DNA of 64,000 bases from Calditrichales bacterium (GTDB taxonomy: Bacteria > Calditrichota > Calditrichia > Calditrichales > J004): positions 3,040,001 through 3,104,000 of the forward strand of contig OZ254086.1 in NCBI GenBank assembly GCA_965267575.1. Direction: 5' to 3'. Positions 28,809 to 39,300 of this stretch are shown here, piece by piece. Numbering within the stretch: the first letter of the stretch is position 1; every line of letters begins with the position of its first letter. Under the pieces are notes generated by a model. That model did not search any database and was not told the origin of the DNA. It saw only the letters and a list, made by a program, of their open reading frames with translations. Made by a program: the position numbers and the translations under genes.

Positions 28809-29477
28809 TTATTTTCGTAAACTTACGGTGATTTTACCTGCTGTGTCTTCCGGGATAGCCAGTGAGCGCTGGCCGTTGCTGATAAGAAAACACTCGCCGC
28901 CCGGCGGTATCTCCGTCATTGTCCAGAATGAGCCGGCGACCAGATCCATCTTTTTGTAATAGTCATGCTCCTGTTTACTAAGCTCCAGGTCCAGCACGGT
29001 AAAAGAGTGGTTTAAAGCGATTTCATTTAGATGGATATTTTTTTCATGCTTATCCCATTCCGGTATAGGTGAGCCGTGCGGATCTTTGTCCGGAAAACCC
29101 AGGTATGCATCGATGCGGTACATCAACTGGTCTGAGATAACATGCTCCAGTTTTTCGGCCTCATCGTGTATCAGCGGGTCATCCATGCCCAGCACGGTTT
29201 CCAGGAACGTTTCAATCAGCCTGTGTTTGCGTACAAGTTTGCGCGCTTTGTTCTCGCCCTGTCCGGTCAGCCGTGCGCCTTCCGTTTTGTTATATTCCAG
29301 CCAGCCCGCTTTCTGCAGTTGGCTGAACATCGACAGGACCGTCGGCGATTTCACGCTAAGCTGGTCTGCGACTACTTTGGCGGTGGCTTTGGCGCGTTCC
29401 CGCTGCAGGTGCCAGATTATTTTAAGATAATCTTCCTGGCTGCGCGTAAGGCGCTGGTTAGTTTGAGACCTGGTCAT
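28809..29477 (-). CDS. DtxR/MntR family metal-dependent repressor with FeoA-like C-terminal domain
   Basis: EDYLK.I wHTH, RKHRLIETFL, EAEKLEH, DPHGSPIP. Confidence 0.92.
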   Translation of the reverse strand: MTRSQTNQRLTRSQEDYLKIIWHLQRERAKATAKVVADQLSVKSPTVLSMFSQLQKAGWLEYNKTEGARLTGQGENKARKLVRKHRLIETFLETVLGMDDPLIHDEAEKLEHVISDQLMYRIDAYLGFPDKDPHGSPIPEWDKHEKNIHLNEIALNHSFTVLDLELSKQEHDYYKKMDLVAGSFWTMTEIPPGGECFLISNGQRSLAIPEDTAGKITVSLRK

Positions 29478-29652
29478 GTCCTGAAATTACGACATTCAAT
29501 TTTATTCTCCCAAAAAAATTGAACACCGCAGCATACTTAAAGGATTGATAATGGTAAAGATAAGGAACTTGAAAAAGAAAGAGCACGAAAATGGCTAGAG
29601 GTCATATTAAAAATTGCAAGATTTCAAAACATGGGGACTGAGACGCCTAAAT

Positions 29653-29775
29653 AAAAAAAGGGGTATCCGCCGTGAGCCCGCACCTTGGCAGATACCCCAT
29701 ACCGTCAGCTCCGAAAGTACCTTTCATCGTAGCTGACTGTCCACTCTCTGGCAATAAGTATCGTAACAAATACCC
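29653..29775 (-). ncRNA. Unassigned structured RNA candidate (sRNA or cis-regulatory leader) ending in an intrinsic terminator
   Basis: TATAAT (minus strand) at 29780-29785; stems CCA-gagag-TGG, GTCAGCT/AGCTGAC with nested GAAAG/CTTTC, 12-bp GGGGTATCTGCC/GGCGGATACCCC then T7. Confidence 0.5.
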
Positions 29776-29889
29776 GGGAATTATAGCGCCTTTTAGCAAA
29801 CGGTCGGCAACAATAAATAAGTGGCTTCTTTTTGCGACGGATGGTCAGGTTCTCTATCTTTGGGCGCTTAAAAAGAGACGGAGAATTAA

Positions 29890-30354
29890 ATGAAAAAAAT
29901 TGAGATCTACACCGACGGTGCCTGCTCTGGCAATCCCGGTCCGGGCGGCTACGGTGTGGTAATGAAAAGCGGGACCCATTACAAGGAATTGTCCAGGGGA
30001 TATAAACGCACGACCAACAACCGTATGGAAATGCGCGCGTTGATCGCCGCATTGGAAAGTCTGAAAAAGCCGTCGAACCTGGATATTTATTCCGATTCCA
30101 AATATGTAGTCGATGCGATCAACCAGGGTTGGGCCAAACGCTGGCGGACAAACGGCTGGCGAAGAAACAAAAAGGAGAAGGCGCTAAACCCGGATCTATG
30201 GGAGCGCCTGCTTGATCTGTTGGAGCAGCATGATTATTCAATTCAGTGGGTAAAAGGGCATGCCGGCCACGAGGAAAATGAACGCTGCGATGAACTGGCC
30301 GTTGCCGCTTTGCAGGAGCCCGTCCTGGAAGAAGACATTGGCATGAAGGAGTAA
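29890..30354 (+). CDS. rnhA: Ribonuclease HI
   Basis: [33 protein letters not shown]. Confidence 0.97.
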   Translation: MKKIEIYTDGACSGNPGPGGYGVVMKSGTHYKELSRGYKRTTNNRMEMRALIAALESLKKPSNLDIYSDSKYVVDAINQGWAKRWRTNGWRRNKKEKALNPDLWERLLDLLEQHDYSIQWVKGHAGHEENERCDELAVAALQEPVLEEDIGMKE

Positions 30355-30357
30355 ATT

Positions 30358-30876
30358 TCAGCCCCGTTTAAGGACGCTGTAAAAAAGCTGAACCAATCCG
30401 CTGGAGAAAGTTTTGGAGTCGGTCAACTGCAAGTCAATTTGTTGGCCCGTATCCTGAAACAAAGGCTTGCCTCCGCCCAGCAGAATAGGGTGAACAGCAA
30501 GCATGAATTCATCAATGAGGTTTAGTTCTAAAAAGGCTGCCGTAAGTTCAGCGCCGCCAAACAGCCAGATATCTTTGCCCGTAGATTGAACAATTTTGCC
30601 GACTTCGGATTTTATATCGCCGTGCACAACAGTCGCGTTTTCCGCCCTGTAGCTTTGGGAGCGCGTAAATACAAAGTGTTTTTTATCTTTAAAAGCATAA
30701 GGGTCCTCGCGCCGCAGCAGTTCAAAGCTTTTGCGGCCGAAGAATATGGCGTCAATTTGAGCTAAAAACGGCGTCATACCATAATCCTGGTCGGTGAAGC
30801 ACCAGTCGTACTCCCCATTTGGACCTTCTATAAAGCCATCAAGCGTTATTGCCAGGTTGAGGATAATTTTACGCAA
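30358..30876 (-). CDS. Dihydrofolate reductase family (RibD C-terminal) protein
   Basis: A.TLDGFI, DIWLFGG, P.LLG.G.PLF. Confidence 0.88.
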   Translation of the reverse strand: MRKIILNLAITLDGFIEGPNGEYDWCFTDQDYGMTPFLAQIDAIFFGRKSFELLRREDPYAFKDKKHFVFTRSQSYRAENATVVHGDIKSEVGKIVQSTGKDIWLFGGAELTAAFLELNLIDEFMLAVHPILLGGGKPLFQDTGQQIDLQLTDSKTFSSGLVQLFYSVLKRG

Positions 30877-30895
30877 ATATAAACTCCGCTATCGA

Positions 30896-31792
30896 TTACT
30901 TTAGGGTTATGGCTACGGAATCGGCCAGCATGTTTGCTGCCTGGGGCCGGAGACGAAACCACAGCTCGGGTTCGATCAGTTCCAGTTCGGCCAGCGCCAA
31001 TTGACCATGATTATCCCAGACAACGTCCACGCGGGCGTAAACGGGTAATGGCTTGCAGACGGCAACCGCTTTCTCCGCAAAAGCGATTTCATTTGGGCCC
31101 GCTTCGTATTGCTGTACGCTGCCGCCGAAATCATCCTGAACGCGGAAATCGCCTGCTTTGGCTTTTTTCAGCACGGAATGGCTGTAGCGCCCGTCAAACA
31201 GCATGTGTGAAACCTCGCCTTTTTGCAAAATGCTGCTTTGAAAAGGCTGCAACATCATGGCCTCTTCGGCAATCAGACGGCGAAATATATTTTCATGCGC
31301 GGCAACATTTGCGGGGTTGATTTGATAGGTGTGCCGCGCTGCACCGGAAACCGCCGGTTTTAAAATGGCATCATGCCATCCGCTGCGCGAAAGGTGGCCG
31401 GCTAAAGAATCCGTTTCGCCCGTTTCGATAAAAAGGGTAGGCACAATGCGCACACCCGCTTTTTCCAAATCCGCCAGATAATGCTTGTCGATATTCCAGT
31501 AAATCGTCTCGGGGGGATTTATGAATTGTGTCTTTGCTTTGGCTGTTTTAAACCAGCGCGAGAATTCGGGGAAGCGATCAAAATAATCCCACACGGTGCG
31601 AAAGAGGACAACCTTTGTTGCGGACCAGTCAAAGGCCGCATCATCCCATGCTTTCCGCGTAACGCTCAGGCCCCTGTGTTGCAATGCGTTTTTTACCAGT
31701 TCGTCTTCGTACAGCACGTTGCGGATGTAGAGTGTCAGCTCGGCAGGCGAAACATACTTCGATGCAGTGAGGATCGTTACATCATAGCGCAT
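30896..31792 (-). CDS. ATP-grasp ligase (RimK/glutathione-synthetase-like)
   Basis: WNIDKHYL, ILKP.VS, DFRVQ..FGG, YARVD, ELELIEP. Confidence 0.82.
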   Translation of the reverse strand: MRYDVTILTASKYVSPAELTLYIRNVLYEDELVKNALQHRGLSVTRKAWDDAAFDWSATKVVLFRTVWDYFDRFPEFSRWFKTAKAKTQFINPPETIYWNIDKHYLADLEKAGVRIVPTLFIETGETDSLAGHLSRSGWHDAILKPAVSGAARHTYQINPANVAAHENIFRRLIAEEAMMLQPFQSSILQKGEVSHMLFDGRYSHSVLKKAKAGDFRVQDDFGGSVQQYEAGPNEIAFAEKAVAVCKPLPVYARVDVVWDNHGQLALAELELIEPELWFRLRPQAANMLADSVAITLK

Positions 31793-31794
31793 GC

Positions 31795-32445
31795 TTATTT
31801 ATATCCGGGGATGTTTTTGCCGAGGATAAAATCGCGCGTCGCAACAAGCAGTTCGCCTTCTTTTTCAGGGGCGATGACTTTCCGGCTGCCACCGCGTGGC
31901 TGTTTCTGGTTTCTGGCCCTGTCGCTTACTAAAGGGTCGTCTTCAAAAAGATAATCACCCACGTAGTAATAGGCGCCCCCGGGCTCCAGAATGATCGGGT
32001 GGATGTGCGCAGGAGCGCGCCTTCCCGGGTAGTGGCCGGGTTTTAAAGTATAGAATGCATAGCGCCCGTCGGCATCCGTTTTAACCCAGCCGCGGATATA
32101 ACCGTGACGCCGGGCCCAGCCCTCTTCGTCTCCACGCGTGGGATAAACACCCTCCTGGTTGGTATGATAAACATATAGGATTACGCCTTCGGCCGGCGTT
32201 TTGCCATCCGGCTGATAAATGGTGCCGCTGATTTTAAGCTTTGGTCCGGGCTTATCGAAATCGGGCAGGGTGTCCACGGAGGTCAATGTACGGTCGCCAT
32301 ATTCCAGAACGGCCTCGCAGCCTTCACAGGGACCGCCCACCAAATAATAGGATTGGTCCGCTTCAGCAGTATCCTGCGCGTGGCAGGAGAAAAACATGCC
32401 GCTGAAAAAAACAATCGATATGCCCCATAATGTTTTAATATTCAT
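31795..32445 (-). CDS. Intradiol ring-cleavage dioxygenase-like exported protein
   Basis: Likely start MNIKTLW; GGPCEGCE, Y.YHT...G.Y, RGW..TD..G.Y, PAHIH. Confidence 0.8.
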   Translation of the reverse strand: MNIKTLWGISIVFFSGMFFSCHAQDTAEADQSYYLVGGPCEGCEAVLEYGDRTLTSVDTLPDFDKPGPKLKISGTIYQPDGKTPAEGVILYVYHTNQEGVYPTRGDEEGWARRHGYIRGWVKTDADGRYAFYTLKPGHYPGRRAPAHIHPIILEPGGAYYYVGDYLFEDDPLVSDRARNQKQPRGGSRKVIAPEKEGELLVATRDFILGKNIPGYK

Positions 32446-32983
32446 TTGTAAGCCTCCAGCTTTTTTTGTGGCATATGTAGACCACATTGTTGTTCTCTGC
32501 CGTTTGCGGCGTAAGCCGGAATCCACATTTTTCCAGCAGGCGCGTAGATGCGGCATTGTCTTTGTGGGTGTAAGCTTCCACCGTCTGCAGGTTCAGTTTT
32601 TCAAAGGCATATTCCAGGATCGCGCCAAGGGCTTCGCGCATGTAGCCCTTGCCCTGGTATTTTGGCAGCATTTCGTAGCCTGTTTCCGCTTTGCGCCCGT
32701 CGTCAGAAAATTGCCACAGGCAGATGGTGCCCAGAAAAACGTTGTTTTCCTTGTTGCTCAGCGCCCAGTAAAACCAGTTGTTGTGATCGATGCCGGCGTT
32801 GATTTTATCTATAAAGGTGGCGGCTTCAACCAGGTTCCTGGTTTGCGGACGGGATAGATATTTGCCAACGGAAGCATCCGAACGAAGCGTCAGGATGTCC
32901 GGTGCATCCTGCGCCGTCAGCTTTCTGAGGCGCAGCCGCGTCGTGATTATTTCCGGAAAGGGCAAGCCCTTAGGCCTTCCCAT
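32435..32983 (-). CDS. GNAT (RimJ/RimL) acetyltransferase
   Basis: T.RL.LR, QGKGYM.EA, N..S..LLEK.GF. Confidence 0.88.
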   Translation of the reverse strand: MGRPKGLPFPEIITTRLRLRKLTAQDAPDILTLRSDASVGKYLSRPQTRNLVEAATFIDKINAGIDHNNWFYWALSNKENNVFLGTICLWQFSDDGRKAETGYEMLPKYQGKGYMREALGAILEYAFEKLNLQTVEAYTHKDNAASTRLLEKCGFRLTPQTAENNNVVYICHKKSWRLTNEY

Positions 32984-33288
32984 TATTCACTGAACCTGAT
33001 CGCGCGGATCAGATCTTCGTTTTGTGAGTGTTTGGCGCCGTATGATAAAACCAGCGTTCCCTTCGTGCCATCTTCACCTACGATAGCGAAAAGCTCAACA
33101 GAATCTGCAGGATTGCTTTTGCCCTCAAAACGGTACGTTTCCGTTATCCGCAAATCAGCGGGCTTGTATGTGGCTTTGGAATTCAGGGCGACAATAAACT
33201 TATCCTCAGCCTTGAAGTTTTCCGTAAAGCCGCGTCCGATCAGATCATTTGTCGCTTCTACTAATGTATCGAAGTCTCTTTTTGACAT
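32983..33288 (-). CDS. Conserved small hypothetical protein (Bacteroidota-type)
   Basis: Start MSKRDF; TL.EA...L..RGF...F, YRFEG.SNP.D, G.KGTLV..YG. Confidence 0.7.
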   Translation of the reverse strand: MSKRDFDTLVEATNDLIGRGFTENFKAEDKFIVALNSKATYKPADLRITETYRFEGKSNPADSVELFAIVGEDGTKGTLVLSYGAKHSQNEDLIRAIRFSE

Positions 33289-33390
33289 AAAGCTATTCCT
33301 CTTTTGATTTGCGAAGGTGAAAAATATAGCGTCTGCGCAGGCAGCAGACAAATGGCTCAGGGTGAGCAGATTCGGCAAATATCGTAATAA

Positions 33391-33768
33391 TCAGGATTGC
33401 TTTTTGGGTTGGCGGAAAAGGATCAGGCCAAATATCACGCTGAAAATCAGGTAAACAGCAGCGATGACCCATATACGTCTGTCCCCGCCGGTTTGGCGGA
33501 GCAGGGCGAACGTGGCAATCATAAAATGGGTAAAGTTGGCCACAGCCACGGGACGGTTGTAGATACCGCCAATCGGGTTGCCGCGCGACATCCAGTTGAG
33601 CATGGCAAAGGCAAAGTAGAGCGCGCCTAAAACCTGCATCAGAATAGCCGATGGTTTCGCCGCCGGGCCGGTTAGAAATCGTCCCGTCTCATCCGGCAAA
33701 AAGGTAAGAATAATTCCGGCAAGCCCCATAATTATGGCGCTTGATGTCATTACCATTCGTGTGTTCAT
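33391..33768 (-). CDS. Hypothetical 4-TM membrane protein
   Basis: Hydrophobic ORF with LNWM...IGGIY.RP...AN..HF. Confidence 0.7.
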   Translation of the reverse strand: MNTRMVMTSSAIIMGLAGIILTFLPDETGRFLTGPAAKPSAILMQVLGALYFAFAMLNWMSRGNPIGGIYNRPVAVANFTHFMIATFALLRQTGGDRRIWVIAAVYLIFSVIFGLILFRQPKKQS

Positions 33769-33893
33769 GCTTTTTGCGCTTTAATACTTATTGCGATTTT
33801 TTGTGTTGGTGCAAAAACGCTCTGTTCCGACGCCTTTTGTAAATGCCCGGAAAGCAGGATACAGGGCAATAATTCATTCAACAGTCCATTCTT

Positions 33894-34358
33894 CTACCGT
33901 GAACCCCACTCCCACATGCCAAAACCTGCTTTGCGGTCGATGGGATGGCCGGATTGTTTGAGCGATAACGCGATCTGTCCGCGGTGATGGGACTCGTGGG
34001 AAATGAGATAGCCCAAAAAAGCAGCCGGATGCGGTTTAAAGCCCTTTACCTTGCCGTCTTCAAAGGCTTTCTTCAGAAGTGCGCTTATGGCCTTTGCCGA
34101 ATCATTCAGTTGGTTTCTTAGAAACTCTTTGGCAATGGCCTGTCCTTTTTCAATTTTTTGCAGATTTTTTGCCAGATCCGGCGCTGCCTGTTCCAGCCAC
34201 ATAAGGCGCACGTTGTGGATGTGCCCGAACTGGTCGCCCACATTACGCCCGCCGGACGTGGATATGTCAACCAGAAAATTATCCTGCTGAATGGCGTCAA
34301 GCAGGTAAAAATTTACGCGGTTGTGGATTTCCCAGGTTTCAAGAAGCTGATCTTGCAT
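33894..34358 (-). CDS. DinB family protein
   Basis: H..NVR and HESHHRGQ motifs. Confidence 0.87.
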   Translation of the reverse strand: MQDQLLETWEIHNRVNFYLLDAIQQDNFLVDISTSGGRNVGDQFGHIHNVRLMWLEQAAPDLAKNLQKIEKGQAIAKEFLRNQLNDSAKAISALLKKAFEDGKVKGFKPHPAAFLGYLISHESHHRGQIALSLKQSGHPIDRKAGFGMWEWGSR

Positions 34359-34385
34359 TATTTTTCCTTTTTTTTGAAATGATTG

Positions 34386-34913
34386 TCAGGTGCGGTAAAG
34401 CACGTGCGTTCGCAAACGATCTCCGGGCGGCAGAGCCGGATGCTCAAACTCACCGGTCTTTGTCATGCCGATTTTCTGCATGATCCTTTCCGAACGCTGA
34501 TTAATTTTTGCCGTAAATGAATACACCTCTTCAAGTTGCAATGTTTTGAGGCCATATTCAAGGCACCTCCCGGCGCCTTCCGTGGCGTAGCCCCTGTTCC
34601 AGGTTTCTTTTCGCAGGCGCCAGCTTATTTCCACACACGGTGTAAAATGCGCCTCAAACGACGGTATCATGAAGCCAATAAAACCGATAAAGGCGTTTTC
34701 CGCGAAACTATCCACCGCGTAAAGCCCAAAGCCGTTTTGCTCAAAATGATCTCTGATACGTTGAAAAAACTGCCGGGAAGCTTGCCCGGACTGTGGCGAG
34801 GGGAAATATTCCATCACAACGGGATCAGCATTCATCCGGGCAAAAGGCTCAAAATCCTTTTCACGCCAGTTTCTGAAACCCAGCCTCTGCGATGTGAACA
34901 GATAGTCACTCAT
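34386..34913 (-). CDS. GNAT (RimJ/RimL) acetyltransferase
   Basis: MNADP.VMEYFP, W.RGYATE, N.RS..MQKIGM. Confidence 0.88.
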   Translation of the reverse strand: MSDYLFTSQRLGFRNWREKDFEPFARMNADPVVMEYFPSPQSGQASRQFFQRIRDHFEQNGFGLYAVDSFAENAFIGFIGFMIPSFEAHFTPCVEISWRLRKETWNRGYATEGAGRCLEYGLKTLQLEEVYSFTAKINQRSERIMQKIGMTKTGEFEHPALPPGDRLRTHVLYRT

Positions 34914-34920
34914 TGAGATT

Positions 34921-35691
34921 TTATTCGTCCACCTTTTTCAAGGCTTCCAGCGTTGCCTTGTAGCCCTCTTCCACCAGATCGTCAAACTGGCCCGTATCGG
35001 TGTAGTTGTAAGCGGAAAGCTCCGGCTGTATCAACAGGTCTGCATCGCGCAGTTGCAGTTGCGTGGCATTGCGTACGGTAATCTCCAACGCATTGATGGC
35101 CATATCGATAATGTTGCCAGGCTTTTTGTAAGCACGGTTTGTATTCAGATCCATAGCAACGATGTAATCGGCGCCCATTTCCTTTAGCGGCGAAACAGGC
35201 ACGTTCTCAATTACTCCGCCATCCACAAGCATTTTGTCTTGCCATTCCACCGGCACAAAGATACCCGGAATACAGGTGCTGGCCGTTACGGCGAGGGCTA
35301 CGTTACCTTCTTTAAAGATGACCTTTTTGCCGGTCTTCATATCGCTGGCTACAACGGCAAGCGGCATGTCGGCTTCACTAAATTCCACATCCCCCAGGTG
35401 CTCGCGCATGAAGGAGCCGATTTTTTTGTTGGAGAGCAGGCCGTATTGCGAAATGGAAAATTCGCTTATATCCAGCCAGTCCAGCCCGGATGCGGCATCG
35501 TAAAGCTCTTTCCAGCTTTTGCCGAACGCGTAAAACGCCGCTGCCAGCGCCCCGATGCTGGTACCGCTTACATATTCAAAGGCGATCTCCTTCTCGCTAA
35601 AAGCCCGTAAAGCGCCGACGTGTGCGGCACCCAAAACAGCGCCGCCACTCAGAGCCAATCCCTTTTTTTTCTCACCGCTTAGCGTGCTCAT
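34921..35691 (-). CDS. Patatin-like phospholipase
   Basis: ALSGGA..G.AH.G, GTSIG nucleophile motif, DGG. Confidence 0.92.
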   Translation of the reverse strand: MSTLSGEKKKGLALSGGAVLGAAHVGALRAFSEKEIAFEYVSGTSIGALAAAFYAFGKSWKELYDAASGLDWLDISEFSISQYGLLSNKKIGSFMREHLGDVEFSEADMPLAVVASDMKTGKKVIFKEGNVALAVTASTCIPGIFVPVEWQDKMLVDGGVIENVPVSPLKEMGADYIVAMDLNTNRAYKKPGNIIDMAINALEITVRNATQLQLRDADLLIQPELSAYNYTDTGQFDDLVEEGYKATLEALKKVDE

Positions 35692-35726
35692 AAAAAATAT
35701 CCTGAAATGTATGTTAGCCTGCCGTT

Positions 35727-36092
35727 TTACTTTTCTTCAAGCAGCAGGGTGATTGTATCTTCTTTATTGGGCACCATGCACAAAAATTCAAAAGCTTCAT
35801 CGCCGATTGTTTTATAGTTGTGCGGCACACCCTGGGGGATATACACAACATCACCCTGTTTTACATGCACCAGCTCTTCACCGATGCGAATTTCCGCCTG
35901 GCCGGCAAGGACATACTGTTCATGCTCAACGGTGTTGTGGTGCAGGGGCATGTAGCCGCCCGCTTCGATGCGAAAGCGGCGCATGGCAAAATGCGGCCCC
36001 TTGTCCGGACCGATCAACACGTGGCGTGAAACGCCCTTGCCGGCAGCTACCGGCTCCATGGGAATCTCTTTGGATGGTTTTACAAACATCAT
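35727..36092 (-). CDS. Cupin domain protein
   Basis: P.H.....EHEQYVL.G, GDVVYIP.GVPH. Confidence 0.88.
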   Translation of the reverse strand: MMFVKPSKEIPMEPVAAGKGVSRHVLIGPDKGPHFAMRRFRIEAGGYMPLHHNTVEHEQYVLAGQAEIRIGEELVHVKQGDVVYIPQGVPHNYKTIGDEAFEFLCMVPNKEDTITLLLEEK

Positions 36093-36366
36093 CGCTCCTG
36101 GTTAAGGGTGAATTACAAAATTAATGAATTACTGGATTGTTGATTTGTTGGAGGGCAAGTTAAGGCTAAATCGTGTAACGCTGCAATTTCCTTTGGCCGA
36201 ACTCTGGACGTGTAATTTTTTTCTCGTGGAATGTGAGTCTTCCCGCGCCCCGGGCCAGAGATCCCGGTGTTGACTGGTCGTCAAACCGGGATGACATTGC
36301 CCGCAATTCAGTAATTCAACAATTCACCTCCCCCTTTGCGTCCTATTCATGCGTTTTGTATTTTAG

Positions 36367-36380
36367 TGTACAAAAGTACA
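36367..36380. promoter_or_regulatory. Putative LexA (SOS) box
   Basis: Palindrome TGTAC-AAAA-GTACA 15 nt upstream of the dnaE2 start. Confidence 0.6.
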
Positions 36381-36395
36381 GTAAAGCGAGGGGGA

Positions 36396-39300
36396 ATGTC
36401 TGCATTTGTTCATCTGCATACGCACAGTTATTACAGCTTGCTGGATGGTGTGGCCTCACCGGAAGAGCTGATCATCGCTGCTAAAAAGCACGGTATGCGC
36501 GCCCTGGCTCTGACCGACCACAACGGCTTGTACGGCGCGGTGGAGTTTTACCGCCTGGCGCAGGAGTACAACCTGCGTCCGATTATCGGGGCGGAGCTGA
36601 CGTTGAGCGATGGAGGGCAGGTCGTGTTGCTGGTAAAAGACAACGCCGGTTACCGCAACCTGTGCCAGCTTATTTCACAGGGCCGGTTTAACGGCGGCCA
36701 CCTGCAATTTGAGCTATCGCAAAAAGAAATAATAAAACACAAAGAGGGGTTGATCCTGCTCTCCGGCGGGCATAAGAGTGCCGTCAACCGCTGCCTGGCG
36801 CAACGCGATGTGGATGGTGCGGCTGCTAAAATAAAACGCTGGCGCGATCTCTTTGCTGAAGATTTTTACCTGGAACTGCAGCACTTTGACGCCAACGATA
36901 CGCTGGCAAACCTGCGTCTGCGCGATTTGGCCGTGGAGCACCATGTGCCGTTGGTGGCCAGCAACGATGTCCACTTTGTATCGATCAAAGACTGGCAGTT
37001 GCGGCGCACGCTGCACGCCATCGACGCCAACACCACGCTGGAAAAAGTGCAGACCGCCGGCAGCTCGGAGCAGTTTTTAAAATCGCCGGCGCAGATGGAG
37101 GAGTTGTTCAAGGCGTTTCCCGGGGCGCTTAGCAACACGCAGCGCATCGCCGCCGCCTGCACTTTTGAGTTCAGCCTGGGCAAGGCGGTTTTTCCTTCGG
37201 TGGAACTGCCCAGGGGCGAAAGCAGCTTTTCCTGGCTGTGGAAAAAAAGTTTTGAAGGCGCCACCGAGCGCTACCAGCCGCTGACCCGCGAAGTGACGCG
37301 ACGCCTGCAGTACGAGCTGGACGTGATCCACCGCCTGGGTTTTGCCGAGTACTTCCTGATCGTCAAAGACATCGTCGATTTTTGCCACCGCGAACATATC
37401 CCCTGCGTGGGCCGCGGCTCGGCGGCGGACAGCCTGGTCTCCTACGTTCTGCAGATCACCCAGGTTGATCCCATCCGCCACAACCTCTACTTCGAGCGCT
37501 TTCTCAACCCCGAACGCACGGACCCTCCGGACATCGATGTGGACCTGTGCTGGAAAAACCGCGACCGTGTCATCGAGTACGTTTACGACAAATACACTAA
37601 ACAGCGCACGGCGATGATCTGCACCTTCAACACCTTCCAGAACCGCTCGGCCATTCGCGATGTGGCCAAAACCCACGGCCTGCCGGAAGACGAGATCGGG
37701 CGCATCACCAAGTACCTGCCGCACAGCACCATCAGCGACGTGGAGGAGGTGGTTAACACGCTGCCGGAGATGCGCGAGCTGCGCCACAACCTGGCCCTCT
37801 ACGAAGAGATCCTGCGCACGGCACAGCGCATTGCCGATTTCCCGCGGCACCTTTCGATCCATCCCGGGGGTGTGATCATTGCGCCGGACAACATCACCTG
37901 GCACACACCGCTGGAAATTGCCGGCAAGGGCATCGTCATCGCCCAGTACGACATGTACTCCATCGAAAAGCTGGGCTTGGTGAAAATGGACCTGCTAGGG
38001 GTACGTTCGCTCAGTATCATCACCGATTGCATCCGCGAAGTGACGCGCGACCCCGAAAAGCACAAAAAGCGCTCCTTTGCCGGACGCGGCGTGCCGGATT
38101 TCTTTCTGCGCAACAGTGCCACGCTTTCGCCGCTGGATTTGCGCACCATCCCCGAAGATGACCCCGAGGTGACCGCCTTTATCCGCAGCGGCCTGACGCT
38201 GGGTTGCTTCCAGCTGGAGAGTCCGGCCATGCGCGGGCTTATCCGCAAGATGCTGATTGAGGGCGTGGAAGATGTGATCACCGCGGTGGCGCTGATACGG
38301 CCGGGGGCATCGGGTGCCGGGGGCGGCATGAAGGAGCTCTATATCAAGCGTCGCGCCGGCATGGAACCTACCGAATACATCCACCCCTCGCTGGAGCCGG
38401 CTTTGGGCGAAACCTATGGCGTAAGCATCTACCAGGAACAGGTGCTGCAGATGGCCCACCACGTGGCCGGGCTGAGCTTCGCGCAGGGCGATACACTGCG
38501 CCGGGCGATGACGAAATCGCGCAACCGCAAAGAATTCTTAAAAGTGCGCCAGGCTTTTGTAGAGGGCGCCATCTCGCGCGGGCTGAGTCCGGAACAGGCC
38601 GAGCAGGTGTGGCAGTTTCTCTACAACTTCAGCGGCTATGGTTTCAACAAGGCGCACAGCGCCACCTACGGCACCATCGCCTACCAGACGGCCTTTTTGA
38701 AATATTACTTCCCGGTGGAGTACATGTGCGCTGTGCTAAACAACCACGGCGGGTTTTACAGCCGCTCGGCCTATATCGAAGAAGCGCGGCGCATGCGCAT
38801 CCGCCTGCTGCCGCCGGATGTCAACCGCTCGCAGCGTGTTTTTACCGTGGAAGAGGACGCCATCCGCTGTGGCCTGGAACCGGTTTTTGAACTGACCGAA
38901 CGCACCATCGAAGCGATCGTGAAGCAACGCAGGGAACGTGAATTTGTGGACCTGTTTGATTTTATCCGGCGCACGCGGGCCGGGGAAAAAGAAGTGGGTC
39001 ATTTGATCAAGGCAGGGGCGCTGGGCTCCATCCATCCCAGCCAGCCGCAGCTTATGCTGCTGAAAGACCTGTTTTTTAAAAACAACAAAAAAGCGCCCCT
39101 CGCCACCTTTGTGGCCGGCTCCACGCGTCTGCCGCAATACAACACCTACCAGCGTGTGCTCAACGAGATCACCACGCTGGATTTTGCTTTAAGCGACCAC
39201 CCGCTGTGCCTGTTTGAAGAGCAACTCAACGGGCAAAAGTTTGTCGCCTCCAACGCCCTGGAAGAACACGGCGGCAAAACCATCCATGTCTGCGGCTGGC

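Noticed and set aside
29632..29652. TTTAGGCGTCTCAG as an autoregulatory DtxR box
   Set aside because: Only one half-site matches and it is far from the start codon
29700..29760. Resemblance to a SAM-I riboswitch (CTTAT..AGAGAGTGGA..CGATGAAA)
   Set aside because: Lacks the GCAACC and closing GAT core and the P1 pairing, and no methionine-related gene lies downstream
30358..35691. Run of short same-strand accessory genes as an integron cassette array or mobile island
   Set aside because: Genes abut or overlap, no attC-like repeats were seen, and there is no integrase or transposase
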